IMG/VR virus record: IMGVR_UViG_3300044648_000299
Location: 1 to 60,536 of that record
Direction: 5' to 3' (one strand)
From: a virus
Taxonomy: Duplodnaviria; Caudoviricetes
DNA: 60,536 nucleotides
Part shown: piece by piece, positions 8,624-17,889 of the stretch
Numbering within the stretch: the first letter of the stretch is position 1
How the letters are laid out: each line of letters opens with the position of its first letter
Position numbers and translations under genes: made by a program
Notes under the pieces: model-generated
What the model saw: the letters and a program-made list of their open reading frames with translations, nothing else
Told to the model about the DNA's origin: nothing
The model's database searches: none

Positions 8624-9008
8624 GGGGGGCCTCCCCAGCAGCGGCGAGCGGGAGGCCGTGTCCGGGCAGGCCCATGCTGTTGCACACGCACCCCTCGACC
8701 GGTCCCCACGACGGGCACAGGCTGCGGTAGTCGGCGTGGTGGCCGCACGGCATGTTGGACGGTGGCGGTCCCTCGCAGTGGGTGACCTGCTTCCCGCAGC
8801 GGCAGCACGCGAGGTACGGGTTGGCGTACACGTCCCCGGTCGCGGGAATGCGGTAGGTGGCTCGGTCAGGCATGGGTGTCTCCCTCAGCAACCCAGCGGC
8901 GGAGAGCGCGTCGGCGATGGCGTCCACGATCGGCGCGTCGAGGTGCTGCCGGGCGATCCACCGGGCGGCCGCGAGCACGCCGCCGTCCGGGGTGGGGTTG
9001 GTGGTCAC
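8616..9008 (-). CDS. Hypothetical Cys-rich protein
   Basis: GTGA-coupled start; CCRC, PCGH, CVC. Confidence 0.55.
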   Translation of the reverse strand: MTTNPTPDGGVLAAARWIARQHLDAPIVDAIADALSAAGLLRETPMPDRATYRIPATGDVYANPYLACCRCGKQVTHCEGPPPSNMPCGHHADYRSLCPSWGPVEGCVCNSMGLPGHGLPLAAAGEAPRG

Positions 9009-9454
9009 GAGCAGGACACCTCCAGGATCGTCATCGGCACCGCACCCGGCGTGTGCTCCTCGCACCACTCGGCTGTCCAGCGCGGCGTGGGGTGGCTCTC
9101 CCACGAGCCCGGCTTCACGCACGGCGGGAGGCCGTAGCGGGCGCACCCGTGCTCGTCGTCCTCGGCGAGGTGGGTGCAGGTGGCGCCGCAGCCGCAGGTG
9201 TCCCACACCGTGGCCCAGCGCGGCGACGCGTCCGCGAGGTCGACCGTCCAGGTGAGGTCGCCGTCGCGGTGGCCTGCGGCACGCCACGCGGCCCGCATCG
9301 TGTCGAGGTGGCGGCGGGCGACCGCCAGCGCCTGCTCCGGGTCGTCGGTGAGAACAGCGATCTGCTCGGTTTCGTCGCCGAGCCAGGAGAGGCGGATGCC
9401 GTCGTACTCGGCATCGGTGTCGATCTGCTCCAGCGGGAGGGGGTTGGTGCTCAC
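9005..9454 (-). CDS. Hypothetical Cys-containing protein
   Basis: GTGA-coupled start and stop. Confidence 0.6.
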   Translation of the reverse strand: MSTNPLPLEQIDTDAEYDGIRLSWLGDETEQIAVLTDDPEQALAVARRHLDTMRAAWRAAGHRDGDLTWTVDLADASPRWATVWDTCGCGATCTHLAEDDEHGCARYGLPPCVKPGSWESHPTPRWTAEWCEEHTPGAVPMTILEVSCS

Positions 9455-9735
9455 CGCACACCACCCGCCGGGGTGTCCGAGCAGCACTCAGCGAGCCACC
9501 CCAGCGGCAGCGGCGACGGCAGCCGCAGCGCGGTCCCCGCCTCGAAGCCGTGGCCGCACTGCCCGCACCTGCCGGGGAACTGCGCGGGGAACCAGCCGGG
9601 CCCGGCCAGCAGGCGGGCGCGGTGAGCGTGCTGCTCGCGCGCGGCCTCCTCCTCGACGGTGCGCCCGGCGCGATGCTGGCGGCAGGCGCACTGCTCGACG
9701 AGGAGATCGGTGAGGTCACATCTCGTGTCGCCCAT
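9451..9735 (-). CDS. Small Zn-finger-like phage protein
   Basis: RCDLTDL..EQCAC; GRCGQCG. Confidence 0.6.
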   Translation of the reverse strand: MGDTRCDLTDLLVEQCACRQHRAGRTVEEEAAREQHAHRARLLAGPGWFPAQFPGRCGQCGHGFEAGTALRLPSPLPLGWLAECCSDTPAGGVR

Positions 9736-9998
9736 CACGCACCGCCCTGCGAGTTGGCTCGTCCGTCCTGAAGGGGGTTGTCGTGCCAGATGACGGTGGT
9801 GCGCCCGTCGTGGCCGTGGATCGCCTCGACAGCGGTCATGCCCTGGGGCCAGGACACCTCGGAGGCGTAGCGGCCGAGCCACTTGATGGTGACGGTGCCG
9901 TCGGGCCAGAGGACTCCGTCGGCGACGTGGCCGGTGCCGGACGCGCCGGTGACGTCCGTGCGGCGGTCGAGCCAGAAGGTGCGCGGGGTGTCAGGCAT
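9735..9998 (-). CDS. Conserved actinophage hypothetical protein
   Basis: R.TDVTG.SGTG.VADGV.WPDG.V..W...HGHDG pattern; AGGAG RBS. Confidence 0.7.
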   Translation of the reverse strand: MPDTPRTFWLDRRTDVTGASGTGHVADGVLWPDGTVTIKWLGRYASEVSWPQGMTAVEAIHGHDGRTTVIWHDNPLQDGRANSQGGA

Positions 9999-10260
9999 GG
10001 GTGGTCTCCTCGCTCGTGAGCAGGTTTGCCCGTCGCAGCGCGTCGGCGATGTCCGGCACCAGGTGAACCCAGTGCTCATCGAGGTGCGATGCGGCGTGCC
10101 GCACACCGGCGCGCAGCTCCTCGGTGGCCGAGGTGGCGTCGGCGATGGCAATGTGGCTCTTCACCCAGCGGCGGATGAGGTCGTCGATGATGCGGTGCGC
10201 CAGCGGCTCGTCGTAGGCGCTCTTGGCGTACGGCCGGGCAGGCGGGGTGTCAGCGGGCAT
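9991..10260 (-). CDS. Hypothetical protein
   Basis: AGGAG RBS, coupled. Confidence 0.6.
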   Translation of the reverse strand: MPADTPPARPYAKSAYDEPLAHRIIDDLIRRWVKSHIAIADATSATEELRAGVRHAASHLDEHWVHLVPDIADALRRANLLTSEETTHA

Positions 10261-10630
10261 CGGTGGTCTCCTCCACAACGAGGGCGGGCAGGGCGGTGGG
10301 GCGACGGCGCGGCGGGAGGAGGCCCATGCAGCAGAGTCCGCTGTCCCACTCGGCCAGCACCTCGACGCCCGCCGGAGTCAGAACCACGTCCGGGTCGGAC
10401 GTCGACGTCGCCAGCCCGCTCTCCCACACGTCGCTCACAGCGCGCTGGCGACGAGCGTCGGAGGGCAGGTCGGGTGCGATGAGCCAGTCGCGCGGGTCGT
10501 CGGTCGGGGCGATGGTGACGTGTCCGTCGGCGATCGCGATGAGGATGGCGTGGTGCAGGAGCGTGTGCTTCACGGCAGGTCCGTTCCGTCGAAGGTGTCG
10601 AGGTGTCGAGGTGTTGAAGGACGTCTTCAC
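10250..10630 (-). CDS. Hypothetical protein (start uncertain)
   Basis: Coupled; RBS. Confidence 0.55.
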   Translation of the reverse strand: MKTSFNTSTPRHLRRNGPAVKHTLLHHAILIAIADGHVTIAPTDDPRDWLIAPDLPSDARRQRAVSDVWESGLATSTSDPDVVLTPAGVEVLAEWDSGLCCMGLLPPRRRPTALPALVVEETTDAR

Positions 10631-11391
10631 GGCTGGTCTCCTCTCGAGGCGAGGGCTGCGGCGATCTGGCGTGCGTGCGTGTGCGGGGCCTCGCGCACGT
10701 CGGTCTCGGTGACGCCCAGAGGAGCGGCGGCGAGGGCGAGGGACCGGACGAGGTGCTCCCGAATCCGGCGAAGCTCCTCCACCTCGGCGCGCAGCTCGTC
10801 CCGCTCGCGGGCGTAGATCCGCAGGGCCTGCACCGCTGCCTGCACACCGTGCTCGTGGCCGATCGCGTACCGGTCGCCGACCTGGTAGCCCTGGACCTCC
10901 TCGCCCAGCCGCACCACATCGGCCCGCAGCGCGGCCACCAGGTCCACGGCCGTGTAGTAGCCGCGCACCTGGTCGTCGTCGCGCGGCACGCCCAGAGCGT
11001 CGGCCAGCGCGTGGTAGCGGATGCTCAGGTCAGCGCGCATCCCGGCGGCCTCCGCCAGCACCGGGGCGAACAGGCCCACCACCCGATCGACCGCCGCTTC
11101 CACAGCCTCCGGGCGCGTGTCCGCCGTCGACATCAGCTCCGCCACCACCAGCGCCAGCGCGTCCCGATCCGCCGGGACGACCTCGGCGGCCTCGGCGGCC
11201 TCCCGCGCCCGCACCACCAGCGGCCACAGCACCGCCATCGCCGCATCCACACACTCATCGGCAGGCCGACGCGACACCTCCGCCGACACCAACTCCCGCG
11301 CCGCGTCCCGGTCCTGGATGCGAGCCAGCCGGGCCTGCACCTCGGCCACGACCTGATCGTGCGACGGCGGCGGGCTGTCGGGGGCGGTCAC
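10627..11391 (-). CDS. Hypothetical helical/coiled-coil protein
   Basis: 254-aa ORF, GTGA coupling. Confidence 0.65.
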   Translation of the reverse strand: MTAPDSPPPSHDQVVAEVQARLARIQDRDAARELVSAEVSRRPADECVDAAMAVLWPLVVRAREAAEAAEVVPADRDALALVVAELMSTADTRPEAVEAAVDRVVGLFAPVLAEAAGMRADLSIRYHALADALGVPRDDDQVRGYYTAVDLVAALRADVVRLGEEVQGYQVGDRYAIGHEHGVQAAVQALRIYARERDELRAEVEELRRIREHLVRSLALAAAPLGVTETDVREAPHTHARQIAAALASRGDQP

Positions 11392-12422
11392 GCCGCCCGC
11401 TCCGCGTAGTCACTGAACAAATCCGGGCACGACGAGCACAAGGCGCCGGCCGCCGCTGTGGGGGGTTTGAGCAGTGCCCGAATCGCCGGGACGACCTCAC
11501 GCCCCTCCAGCACCGCGGTGACGTGCGGTGCCGCCCAGCCCCACGTGGCCAGCGGGTCAGGAACCCCTGCTGCCCGTGCCGCCTGCTCTAGGGAGGTGAT
11601 CTCGGCGTCCACCTCCGGGTACCAGTCGCGCAGCTGCTGCCGCTCGCCGTCCTTGGCGTAGGAGCCACACAGGCACTCGCCGGACATGTGCAGCACGTCG
11701 GCGACCGGGTTGCGGGGCAGGTCGGGGTGCATCAGGCGGTAGGTGTTCATGTCCAGGGTGGTCCAGTTCGCGATCGGGGACGTCCAGATCACCGAGTCCT
11801 CGCGCTCGTGCAGCGGGATCGGTGTGCGGCCGCGCCGCAGGTTGCCTGCACGACGCGCGGACTCCGCCCGGCGGCGGCCGGCGACGAACACGACGCGCTG
11901 GCGGCGGCCGTTGGTGACGAGTTCGCGGCGGACTTGGCGCAGGGCGCGTTCCTTGATGCGCTGGAACATGCGGTGGTGCTGGGCCGGGCCGGGGAAGCCG
12001 TGGCGGAGCACGAACTCGCGGTAGGTCGATCCGGCGGGTGGGTGGCGCTCCAGCAGGGGCAGGTTCCAGGCGGCGGCGGTGTCGCGGACGAACTGCCGGG
12101 TTTGCTCGATGCCGATTCCGGTGTTGGCGTGCACGGCGTGGGTGACGTGGGTGCGCATGAGGTGGGCGAGGAGGGTGGAGTCGTGGCCGCCGGACCACAG
12201 CAGGCAGGTGGCGGTGATGGTGCGGTCCCCGCGGTGGGCGGCGATGCCGTCGGCGTGGATGCGGTGGGCTTGGGCGATGAGGGCGTGGACGCGCTGCTCG
12301 CGTTGGGGGCGGGTGAGGGTGGCGACGATTGCCGCGGGTGTGGGGGTGTCGAGGGCGGGGTTGAGGGGGTCGCCGGCCCAGGCGTCCGCGACCGGGAACA
12401 GGCCGTCGTCGGGGGCGGTCAC
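11388..12422 (-). CDS. PAPS-reductase family (PP-loop) protein
   Basis: WSGGHDS, HANTG, GFPGP, GRRRAESARR, SPIANW, SGECLCG. Confidence 0.85.
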   Translation of the reverse strand: MTAPDDGLFPVADAWAGDPLNPALDTPTPAAIVATLTRPQREQRVHALIAQAHRIHADGIAAHRGDRTITATCLLWSGGHDSTLLAHLMRTHVTHAVHANTGIGIEQTRQFVRDTAAAWNLPLLERHPPAGSTYREFVLRHGFPGPAQHHRMFQRIKERALRQVRRELVTNGRRQRVVFVAGRRRAESARRAGNLRRGRTPIPLHEREDSVIWTSPIANWTTLDMNTYRLMHPDLPRNPVADVLHMSGECLCGSYAKDGERQQLRDWYPEVDAEITSLEQAARAAGVPDPLATWGWAAPHVTAVLEGREVVPAIRALLKPPTAAAGALCSSCPDLFSDYAERAA

Positions 12423-12892
12423 GGCTGGCTTCCCCCGGACACCCGCACGGGGCAGCCCACGAAGTGCCCGCCGTCGTCGCGCCGTTGCCCGCCGCACATG
12501 CACTCGGTGGTCGGGGTCCACGGCTGGTCCGGGGAGTGCCGGGTGACGATCGTGCCGCCGGGGAGCTTGGACAGGGTGTAGAGGGTGGACCACGGCGAGT
12601 TGTGCGCGGTGGTGCGGACGCTGGGGTGCTGCACGGCCCACTGCTGCCGGGGCTCGGCGGTCGGGGTGGGTGATGCACCCCCAGACGGTGCGGGCGGGTC
12701 GATGTGGTCCGCAGCGGCGGTGATCGCGGCGGCCAGCTCACGCAGCTTCGGCGCGTCCTTGGCGAAGAACGCCTCGATCGGCCACGTCTCCTGGGTGTCG
12801 GTGCCGATGGCGATGGTGACGTCGCTGCTGTCGTCGATGTCCACGGAGATCCAGACGTCGTTGATGCCGACGACGGTGCGGGTGTCGCTCAT
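12419..12892 (-). CDS. Hypothetical protein
   Basis: ATGA/GTGA coupling. Confidence 0.55.
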   Translation of the reverse strand: MSDTRTVVGINDVWISVDIDDSSDVTIAIGTDTQETWPIEAFFAKDAPKLRELAAAITAAADHIDPPAPSGGASPTPTAEPRQQWAVQHPSVRTTAHNSPWSTLYTLSKLPGGTIVTRHSPDQPWTPTTECMCGGQRRDDGGHFVGCPVRVSGGSQP

Positions 12893-13149
12893 CGGTCCCC
12901 CAGGGCGGTGTGGATCGCGCGGACCGTGGCGCAGCAGGGCGTGGCGGCGTTGAGGTACTGGCCGCACTCCAGGCACTCGGACCAGCGATTGCCGTCCTCG
13001 TCGGGCCGCTCGACCTCGGTGTGCAGGGCGAGCACGGCGAGCAGGGCGGTCCCGTACTCGTCCATCGCGACGCTGTCGGGGCTGCCCTCGGCGGCGTCCA
13101 GGCGCTCGGTGATGCTGGCGCTGAGGTTGCGCGGGGTCGGGATGGGCAT
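12889..13149 (-). CDS. Small hypothetical protein (AVLALH...CLEC...PC.TV motif)
   Basis: GAGGAG RBS; common actinophage-type motif. Confidence 0.6.
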   Translation of the reverse strand: MPIPTPRNLSASITERLDAAEGSPDSVAMDEYGTALLAVLALHTEVERPDEDGNRWSECLECGQYLNAATPCCATVRAIHTALGDR

Positions 13150-13496
13150 CAGGACTCCTCCTCCGGGGCGGGCCGATCGGTGACGAGGCCATCGACGAGC
13201 AGGTCCCGCGACGCCGCCAGGGCCAGATGACACGCCCGGTACGTCTCCGCACGGACAGCAGCAGCGGTCCGGGACTCGGCGGTGGTGGCGCTGAGCGTCT
13301 CGTCGAGTGCCGTGGCTGCCGCCGTCTCCCAGGTGCGGATCAGGTGGTTGAGCTCGGCGGTGATGTCGTCGGCGGTGTCGGTTTGCGTGGCGGCGATCTG
13401 TGCCTGGCCCAGGATTTCCAGGTCGCTGATGACGGTGTCGTAGGCGTCGCGCACGAGCCGGTGCAGATCGCGGCCGGGGATCGGGGTGTCGGCCAT
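13149..13496 (-). CDS. Hypothetical protein
   Basis: GAGGAG RBS. Confidence 0.6.
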   Translation of the reverse strand: MADTPIPGRDLHRLVRDAYDTVISDLEILGQAQIAATQTDTADDITAELNHLIRTWETAAATALDETLSATTAESRTAAAVRAETYRACHLALAASRDLLVDGLVTDRPAPEEES

Positions 13497-13497
13497 G

Positions 13498-13719
13498 TCA
13501 GGACTCCTCAGGGGCGACAGCGGAAGCGGGGGCGAGGAGCTTCGCGGCGATGGCCTGCCTGATCTCCTCGCCGCCCTCCATGCGCTCGGCGAGGTCGAGC
13601 ACGGCGGCCAGGGCGGCGTGGTGCCGGGCGGCCACCTCGGTGCGGTCGGGGTTCTGGGCGTCGTTGACGAGCTGGAGCAGGATCGGGCCACGCACGTCGG
13701 TCGGGATCGGGGTGCTCAT
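13498..13719 (-). CDS. Small hypothetical protein
   Basis: ATGA coupled; GAGGAG RBS. Confidence 0.55.
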   Translation of the reverse strand: MSTPIPTDVRGPILLQLVNDAQNPDRTEVAARHHAALAAVLDLAERMEGGEEIRQAIAAKLLAPASAVAPEES

Positions 13720-13907
13720 GGGGTGTGGGTCTCCTCGGTCGCGGGGGTGGGGCCGGCCATCTCGGCGTCGGTGACGGGACCGCCGTAACCGCGCGCGATG
13801 GCGGCTTCCACGGCGGCAGCGGTGCGGGTCAACGGGCCGTGCACCGGGTGCTCCCGGTTCTCGGCGATCTCGGCGAGCCAGTGCGGGTTCAGGTGGAGCG
13901 TGCGCAT
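13716..13907 (-). CDS. Small hypothetical protein
   Basis: GGAGG RBS. Confidence 0.55.
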   Translation of the reverse strand: MRTLHLNPHWLAEIAENREHPVHGPLTRTAAAVEAAIARGYGGPVTDAEMAGPTPATEETHTP

Positions 13908-13910
13908 GGG

Positions 13911-14198
13911 TCAGCCCTCCAGGGCGGTCGGGACGGGGACGTGCTCGGGGCAGTAGTCGCCGTGCTCGTCGCACTGCCAGCCCTGCGTGCGCAGGTAGGC
14001 GCGGGCGACCTCGAAGCGGGCGCGGCGGTCGTCCTCGACATCGACGAGGTAGTCCGCCTCGTGCGTGTCGCCGCAGTGGTCGCAGAACACGCCTACCTGC
14101 GTCGGGTAGTAGTCGCCGGAGCGGATCGCGGTGTTGACGCGGTTGGCCTCGGCGGTGGTCGGGTGCGGGGTGATGAAGCCACGCGGGTCGGTGTCCAC
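13911..14198 (-). CDS. Small Zn-ribbon-like protein
   Basis: VFCDHCG...GW...DYCPEH; GAGGAG RBS. Confidence 0.6.
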   Translation of the reverse strand: MDTDPRGFITPHPTTAEANRVNTAIRSGDYYPTQVGVFCDHCGDTHEADYLVDVEDDRRARFEVARAYLRTQGWQCDEHGDYCPEHVPVPTALEG

Positions 14199-14269
14199 GT
14201 CGTGCTCCTCGGGTCGCGGAGGTGGGGTGGGGGTGTCCGCGTGGTGGTGCGGAGACCCCCGAAGCGGGG

Positions 14270-15079
14270 TCAGGCGGCGCGGTAGGTGCGGACGCGCGCT
14301 CCGTCGTCGGCGAGCCACACGCCCGACCGGGCCGGGTCCGGGAAGACCTCGACCGAGCCGATCCGGACACCGGCCGGGGTGCGGACGCCGTCGACCGGGA
14401 CGTACTCGGGCCAGCGGTCGCCGACGCCGACGAAGATGCCGATGTACTGCTCGGCGCGCTCCAGCTCGGTCACTTCTGCTCCTCGGGGTTCGTGGGGGTG
14501 GCGGAGGTGGTCTCGCCGTGGGTGCAGTCGGGGTCGCCGCACGCCGGCGCCCACACGTAGCCGAACTCGTCCGGCTCCTCACCGCGGCACTCGCCGGGAT
14601 CGATGTCCGGGCCGAGGTCCTGGCCGTAGCCCGTCCCGGCGATCACGACGCGCCACCATCGGTGCGCTTCTCGCGCCGAACCGACACCACGACGGCGCTG
14701 AGAACGCCCAGGAGCACGATCGCGGTCTCGGCACGCCACTCGGTCCACAGATGCGCCACCGGGCCGCTCAGGGCCGACAGGGCGCCCAACAGCCACCCTC
14801 CCGACCCGAACGGGGCGAGGATCAGCAGCCACATCGCCACCGACACGGCCGTGATCGCCGCCAACCTGCGGCGCGTCACCGGGTCACCGCCACAGCACCG
14901 GACACCGACTCGACCACCAACTGCGGGCGGGCAGGCACCGTGGCGCGGGTGTCCACGGTGACGCCGATGACGTACAGGACCAGGGCGAGCGCACCGAGCG
15001 GGAGCAGCCAGCGGACGTCGTGGACGGTCTGGCCGAGGTAGCCGTCGGACAGCCGGTGCGGCCGGGAGTGGGCGTTCAC
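14270..15079 (-). CDS. Four small coupled ORFs (14270-14473, 14470-14646, 14643-14879, 14876-15079); the last two encode TM peptides
   Basis: Successive GTGA stop/start overlaps. Confidence 0.55.
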
Positions 15080-15336
15080 GTCGACACCAGCTCTTGGTGC
15101 AGCGTGGTGCACGAGGTGCACGAGCACGTCACGACCGGGCGACCGCCGCCGTGCCACTTCGCGCCGGGCGGGGTGATGGCGGTGACCGGGTTGGCCGCGC
15201 CGTCCCAGGTGGGCAGCAGCTCTGACGCGGTCGCCGTGGTGCGGGTGGTGCAGGGGCACTCCTCGCAGCTGCCGGCGGTGGGGTGGTGGAAGAAGTCGGG
15301 GTGCCCGCAGGCGCAGCGGTGGATGATGATCGCCAT
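15076..15336 (-). CDS. Cys-rich small protein, paralog of 19609-19854
   Basis: MAIIIHRCACGH...CPC...PTWD...CSC..C..L..ELVS. Confidence 0.7.
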   Translation of the reverse strand: MAIIIHRCACGHPDFFHHPTAGSCEECPCTTRTTATASELLPTWDGAANPVTAITPPGAKWHGGGRPVVTCSCTSCTTLHQELVST

Positions 15337-15527
15337 CAGGGTGTCTCCTCGGGCTCGTGGAACTGCTGGAAGACGGGCAGGCCGTACACGGGCTCCTCGT
15401 GGGCGCCGGTCCACGGCGTGCACCACGTGCCGGTCTCGTCGACACGGGTCACCGTGAACAGGGACCCCCAGGCGCGGACGATGTCGCCGACGTGGAGCGG
15501 GGCGGTGGCGCGAAGCAGCGAGATCAC
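15336..15527 (-). CDS. Small hypothetical protein
   Basis: Coupled both sides. Confidence 0.5.
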   Translation of the reverse strand: MISLLRATAPLHVGDIVRAWGSLFTVTRVDETGTWCTPWTGAHEEPVYGLPVFQQFHEPEETP

Positions 15528-15814
15528 GACGCCCTGGCCTCGGCCGTGGACTGCTTGGCGCACTTGCGGCACAGCGGCATGTCCGTGATCGGCTTGACGG
15601 GCACGTAGGACCAGCGGGCCCGGTCGGCGGCGTACCGGTCCTGGTCCATCACGAAGACCGGGGTGGCTTCGGAGTGGCAGAGGGCGGTGCCGGCGCGGCC
15701 GTCCAGGTTGATCTGGCCGGCGGACAGGTCGGCTTCGCGGGCGAGGTGCCGCTTGCGGGCACTGTGGGTGGTGGCCTCGACCAGCTGGCCGGGGCGAGGC
15801 TGCGGGGTGCTCAC
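15524..15814 (-). CDS. Small Zn-binding protein, paralog of 28263-28505
   Basis: RHLA...GRAG.ALC...LC..CAK. Confidence 0.65.
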   Translation of the reverse strand: MSTPQPRPGQLVEATTHSARKRHLAREADLSAGQINLDGRAGTALCHSEATPVFVMDQDRYAADRARWSYVPVKPITDMPLCRKCAKQSTAEARAS

Positions 15815-16154
15815 TGCTGGTCTCCGTCCTGCTCGTCGTCGCGGGCGGGGGTCGAGGGCTCGGGCGGGGTGGGGAGTTCGGTGTCCGTGGGCGGGCCCAG
15901 CACGACGCGCTCCGCGAACTCCCGGAAGCCGCCCATCACGCGTCGGCCTGCTCGTCGGCCCGGAGTGCGGTGGCCCGCTCGGTCAGGGTGGTGGCGAACT
16001 CGCGGTAGTCCTCGGCGCGGACGCGGTGGCCGGCGTCGGCGAACTCCTGCGCGGTGCCGTCGGCGACGGCGGCGATGCGGTCCAGCTCGTCGGCGGTGGC
16101 GTTCTGGGTGCCGGGCGTCAGGACGGTGGTGACGGACGGTCGGGTGGTGGTCAT
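15811..16154 (-). CDS. Two small ORFs (15811-15936, 15936-16154)
   Basis: Coupled; first gene downstream of promoter at about 16190-16221. Confidence 0.5.
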
Positions 16155-16187
16155 GTGCTCTCCCGTGGTGGGGACGTTCGCTGTAAC

Positions 16188-16223
16188 GCCTAATCTACGC
16201 CTAATGACTGCCTAAAAACAAGC
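16188..16223 (-). promoter_or_regulatory. Early leftward promoter/operator copy 2
   Basis: 28 bp identical to 23580-23607; three GCCTAA at 11-bp spacing; TTGTTT-18-TAGATT. Confidence 0.8.
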
Positions 16224-16241
16224 GATACGAACATGTCAAAG

Positions 16242-16868
16242 TCAGGACACGTCCGGATGCGTGAACCTCTCGACCTCGGCCAGCGCATCCTCACGCGCAC
16301 CCCGAGGCGTCTCGACGACCACCGCGTCCACGCGAGCCGGATGCGCCGTAGACCTCGTCAGGGCCTTCCCCCGGTGGTCCACGCACGGCTGACCGACACG
16401 GGCACCGCAGTGGCTGCATGGCCGGGACCGCAGTTCACGCCTTACCACCGCCTCGCCCTCCGCGATGTCGTCCACGTCATCCGGAGGCGTGTCACTGCGG
16501 CGGAGCTTGCGGCCCTCCAGGACGGCCTGGACCTGGTCCATGCCGTGCCGGAAGCGCTGCGGGTCGAACGCGACGGGCGGCAGGGCGCGCATCGTGGCTG
16601 CGTTCTCGCCGGTCTTCTCGGCGGCAGTCGGGCGGCGCCGGGCGTTCCACCACTGCACGATGTCCGCGGGGGCGATGGTCTCGCGGCGCTGCGCGTACTC
16701 GTCGGACCGGTAGTGCGCGATCACAGCGTTCTGTGCGGCTTCGATCGGCACGTCGTGCAGGGCCTTCGCCCAGACCTTGCGGATCAGACCGGCCTCGTCG
16801 GGCTGCGGCATCTTCGGGTCCAGGCTGATGGCGATGAGCAGGACACGGCCTGCTTCGTGCTCGTTCAC
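16242..16868 (-). CDS. Putative helicase loader/inhibitor-like replication protein with C-terminal Zn finger
   Basis: Follows initiator; W..AL.D.P...A..AV..HY...I.PADI; CSHCGA..G.PC...H..R. Confidence 0.65.
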   Translation of the reverse strand: MNEHEAGRVLLIAISLDPKMPQPDEAGLIRKVWAKALHDVPIEAAQNAVIAHYRSDEYAQRRETIAPADIVQWWNARRRPTAAEKTGENAATMRALPPVAFDPQRFRHGMDQVQAVLEGRKLRRSDTPPDDVDDIAEGEAVVRRELRSRPCSHCGARVGQPCVDHRGKALTRSTAHPARVDAVVVETPRGAREDALAEVERFTHPDVS

Positions 16869-17851
16869 GCGGAACGCCCTCCTTCGATGACCAGCCAGTC
16901 GTGTGCAGGGCTGGCGGCGTGGTTGCCGATGACGGCTTGCCGACTGGCTTCGTACTGGTCCCAGAACGGGTCGTCGGGCGCGAGAGCAGCGAGGGCCTTG
17001 TCCATGCGCTTCGAGCCGGAAGACACTCGTCCTGGGACTGCTGCTGCGAGGCCAGCACGACGTTCGTCTAGGCGCTTCTGCTCTTTGCGCATCCAGACCT
17101 GCCAGGCACCGCGCCAGTCCTTCTTCCGGGCGTTTTTGGTGGCCTGTCGCCAGTAGTCGACGAAGAGGTCGGTTTCGGCTTGGCCGACGGACGGGGTGTT
17201 CTCCCTGGCCCACTGGATCATCTCGGGCGTCGCGGTGAAGTTGTCGGGGATGCGCGTCGCCTGGCTCGGGGGGGTAGCGCGCTTGCGCGCTACACCCTCC
17301 GAAGGAGGGTGGTTGTTAGTGGGATGGGATGGGATGGGATGGGAGAGCTGGACTCCCTCCGGGACTCCCGCCGGGACTCCCGCGTCTGTCCCTGGGGGAC
17401 ACACATCTTTGACCTGCAGTTCCGCAAAAAACGGGTCATTGGACTCCGGCGGGACTCCGTTATGGTCCGACGGAACTCCGGCAGCCGTACGCGTGTACTT
17501 TTTCCTCTCGTTTTCGCCGGAATCTTTCGGAGCACGCTGTCGGGCCTTCTTCGCGGCCTCCGCAGCACGCCGCTCCTCGACCTGCTGACGAGTTTTGTTG
17601 CGGCCCGGCGCGGCCCAGTCGTGGAACTGATAGCCCCCGCGAACGTCGCGGTGCCACAGTCCGGCCTTGACGAGCCGCTCGGCCTGCGCGGGCGTGCCGA
17701 GCACGGCAACCATGTCGTCGGGCACGTACCCATCGGTGAGCTGCTGAGCGCACCACGAACCTGCGCGGGTCCACAGGCCGATGGCGGCGTTGCCGGCGCG
17801 CACCGCTTTGTGATGGAAGGCGAATCCATCGTCGACGGGGAACCAAGGCAT
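16865..17851 (-). CDS. Phage replication initiator (RepA-like)
   Basis: MPWF.VDDGF..H.K; GLW..AGSW; TDG.VP; HDW; C-terminal F.DYW...KKDW..AW..W; internal iterons. Confidence 0.8.
   Translation of the reverse strand: MPWFPVDDGFAFHHKAVRAGNAAIGLWTRAGSWCAQQLTDGYVPDDMVAVLGTPAQAERLVKAGLWHRDVRGGYQFHDWAAPGRNKTRQQVEERRAAEAAKKARQRAPKDSGENERKKYTRTAAGVPSDHNGVPPESNDPFFAELQVKDVCPPGTDAGVPAGVPEGVQLSHPIPSHPTNNHPPSEGVARKRATPPSQATRIPDNFTATPEMIQWARENTPSVGQAETDLFVDYWRQATKNARKKDWRGAWQVWMRKEQKRLDERRAGLAAAVPGRVSSGSKRMDKALAALAPDDPFWDQYEASRQAVIGNHAASPAHDWLVIEGGRSA
17321..17479. repeat. Iteron-like origin within the rep gene
   Basis: (GGGAT)x4; GGACTCC at 17350, 17362, 17374, 17441, 17452; GGAACTCC at 17472; A/T tracts nearby. 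Confidence 0.65.
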
Positions 17852-17889
17852 AGTGCTGGCCTCCTGAGAGGTGCGTAGGGAGGCGGTTG

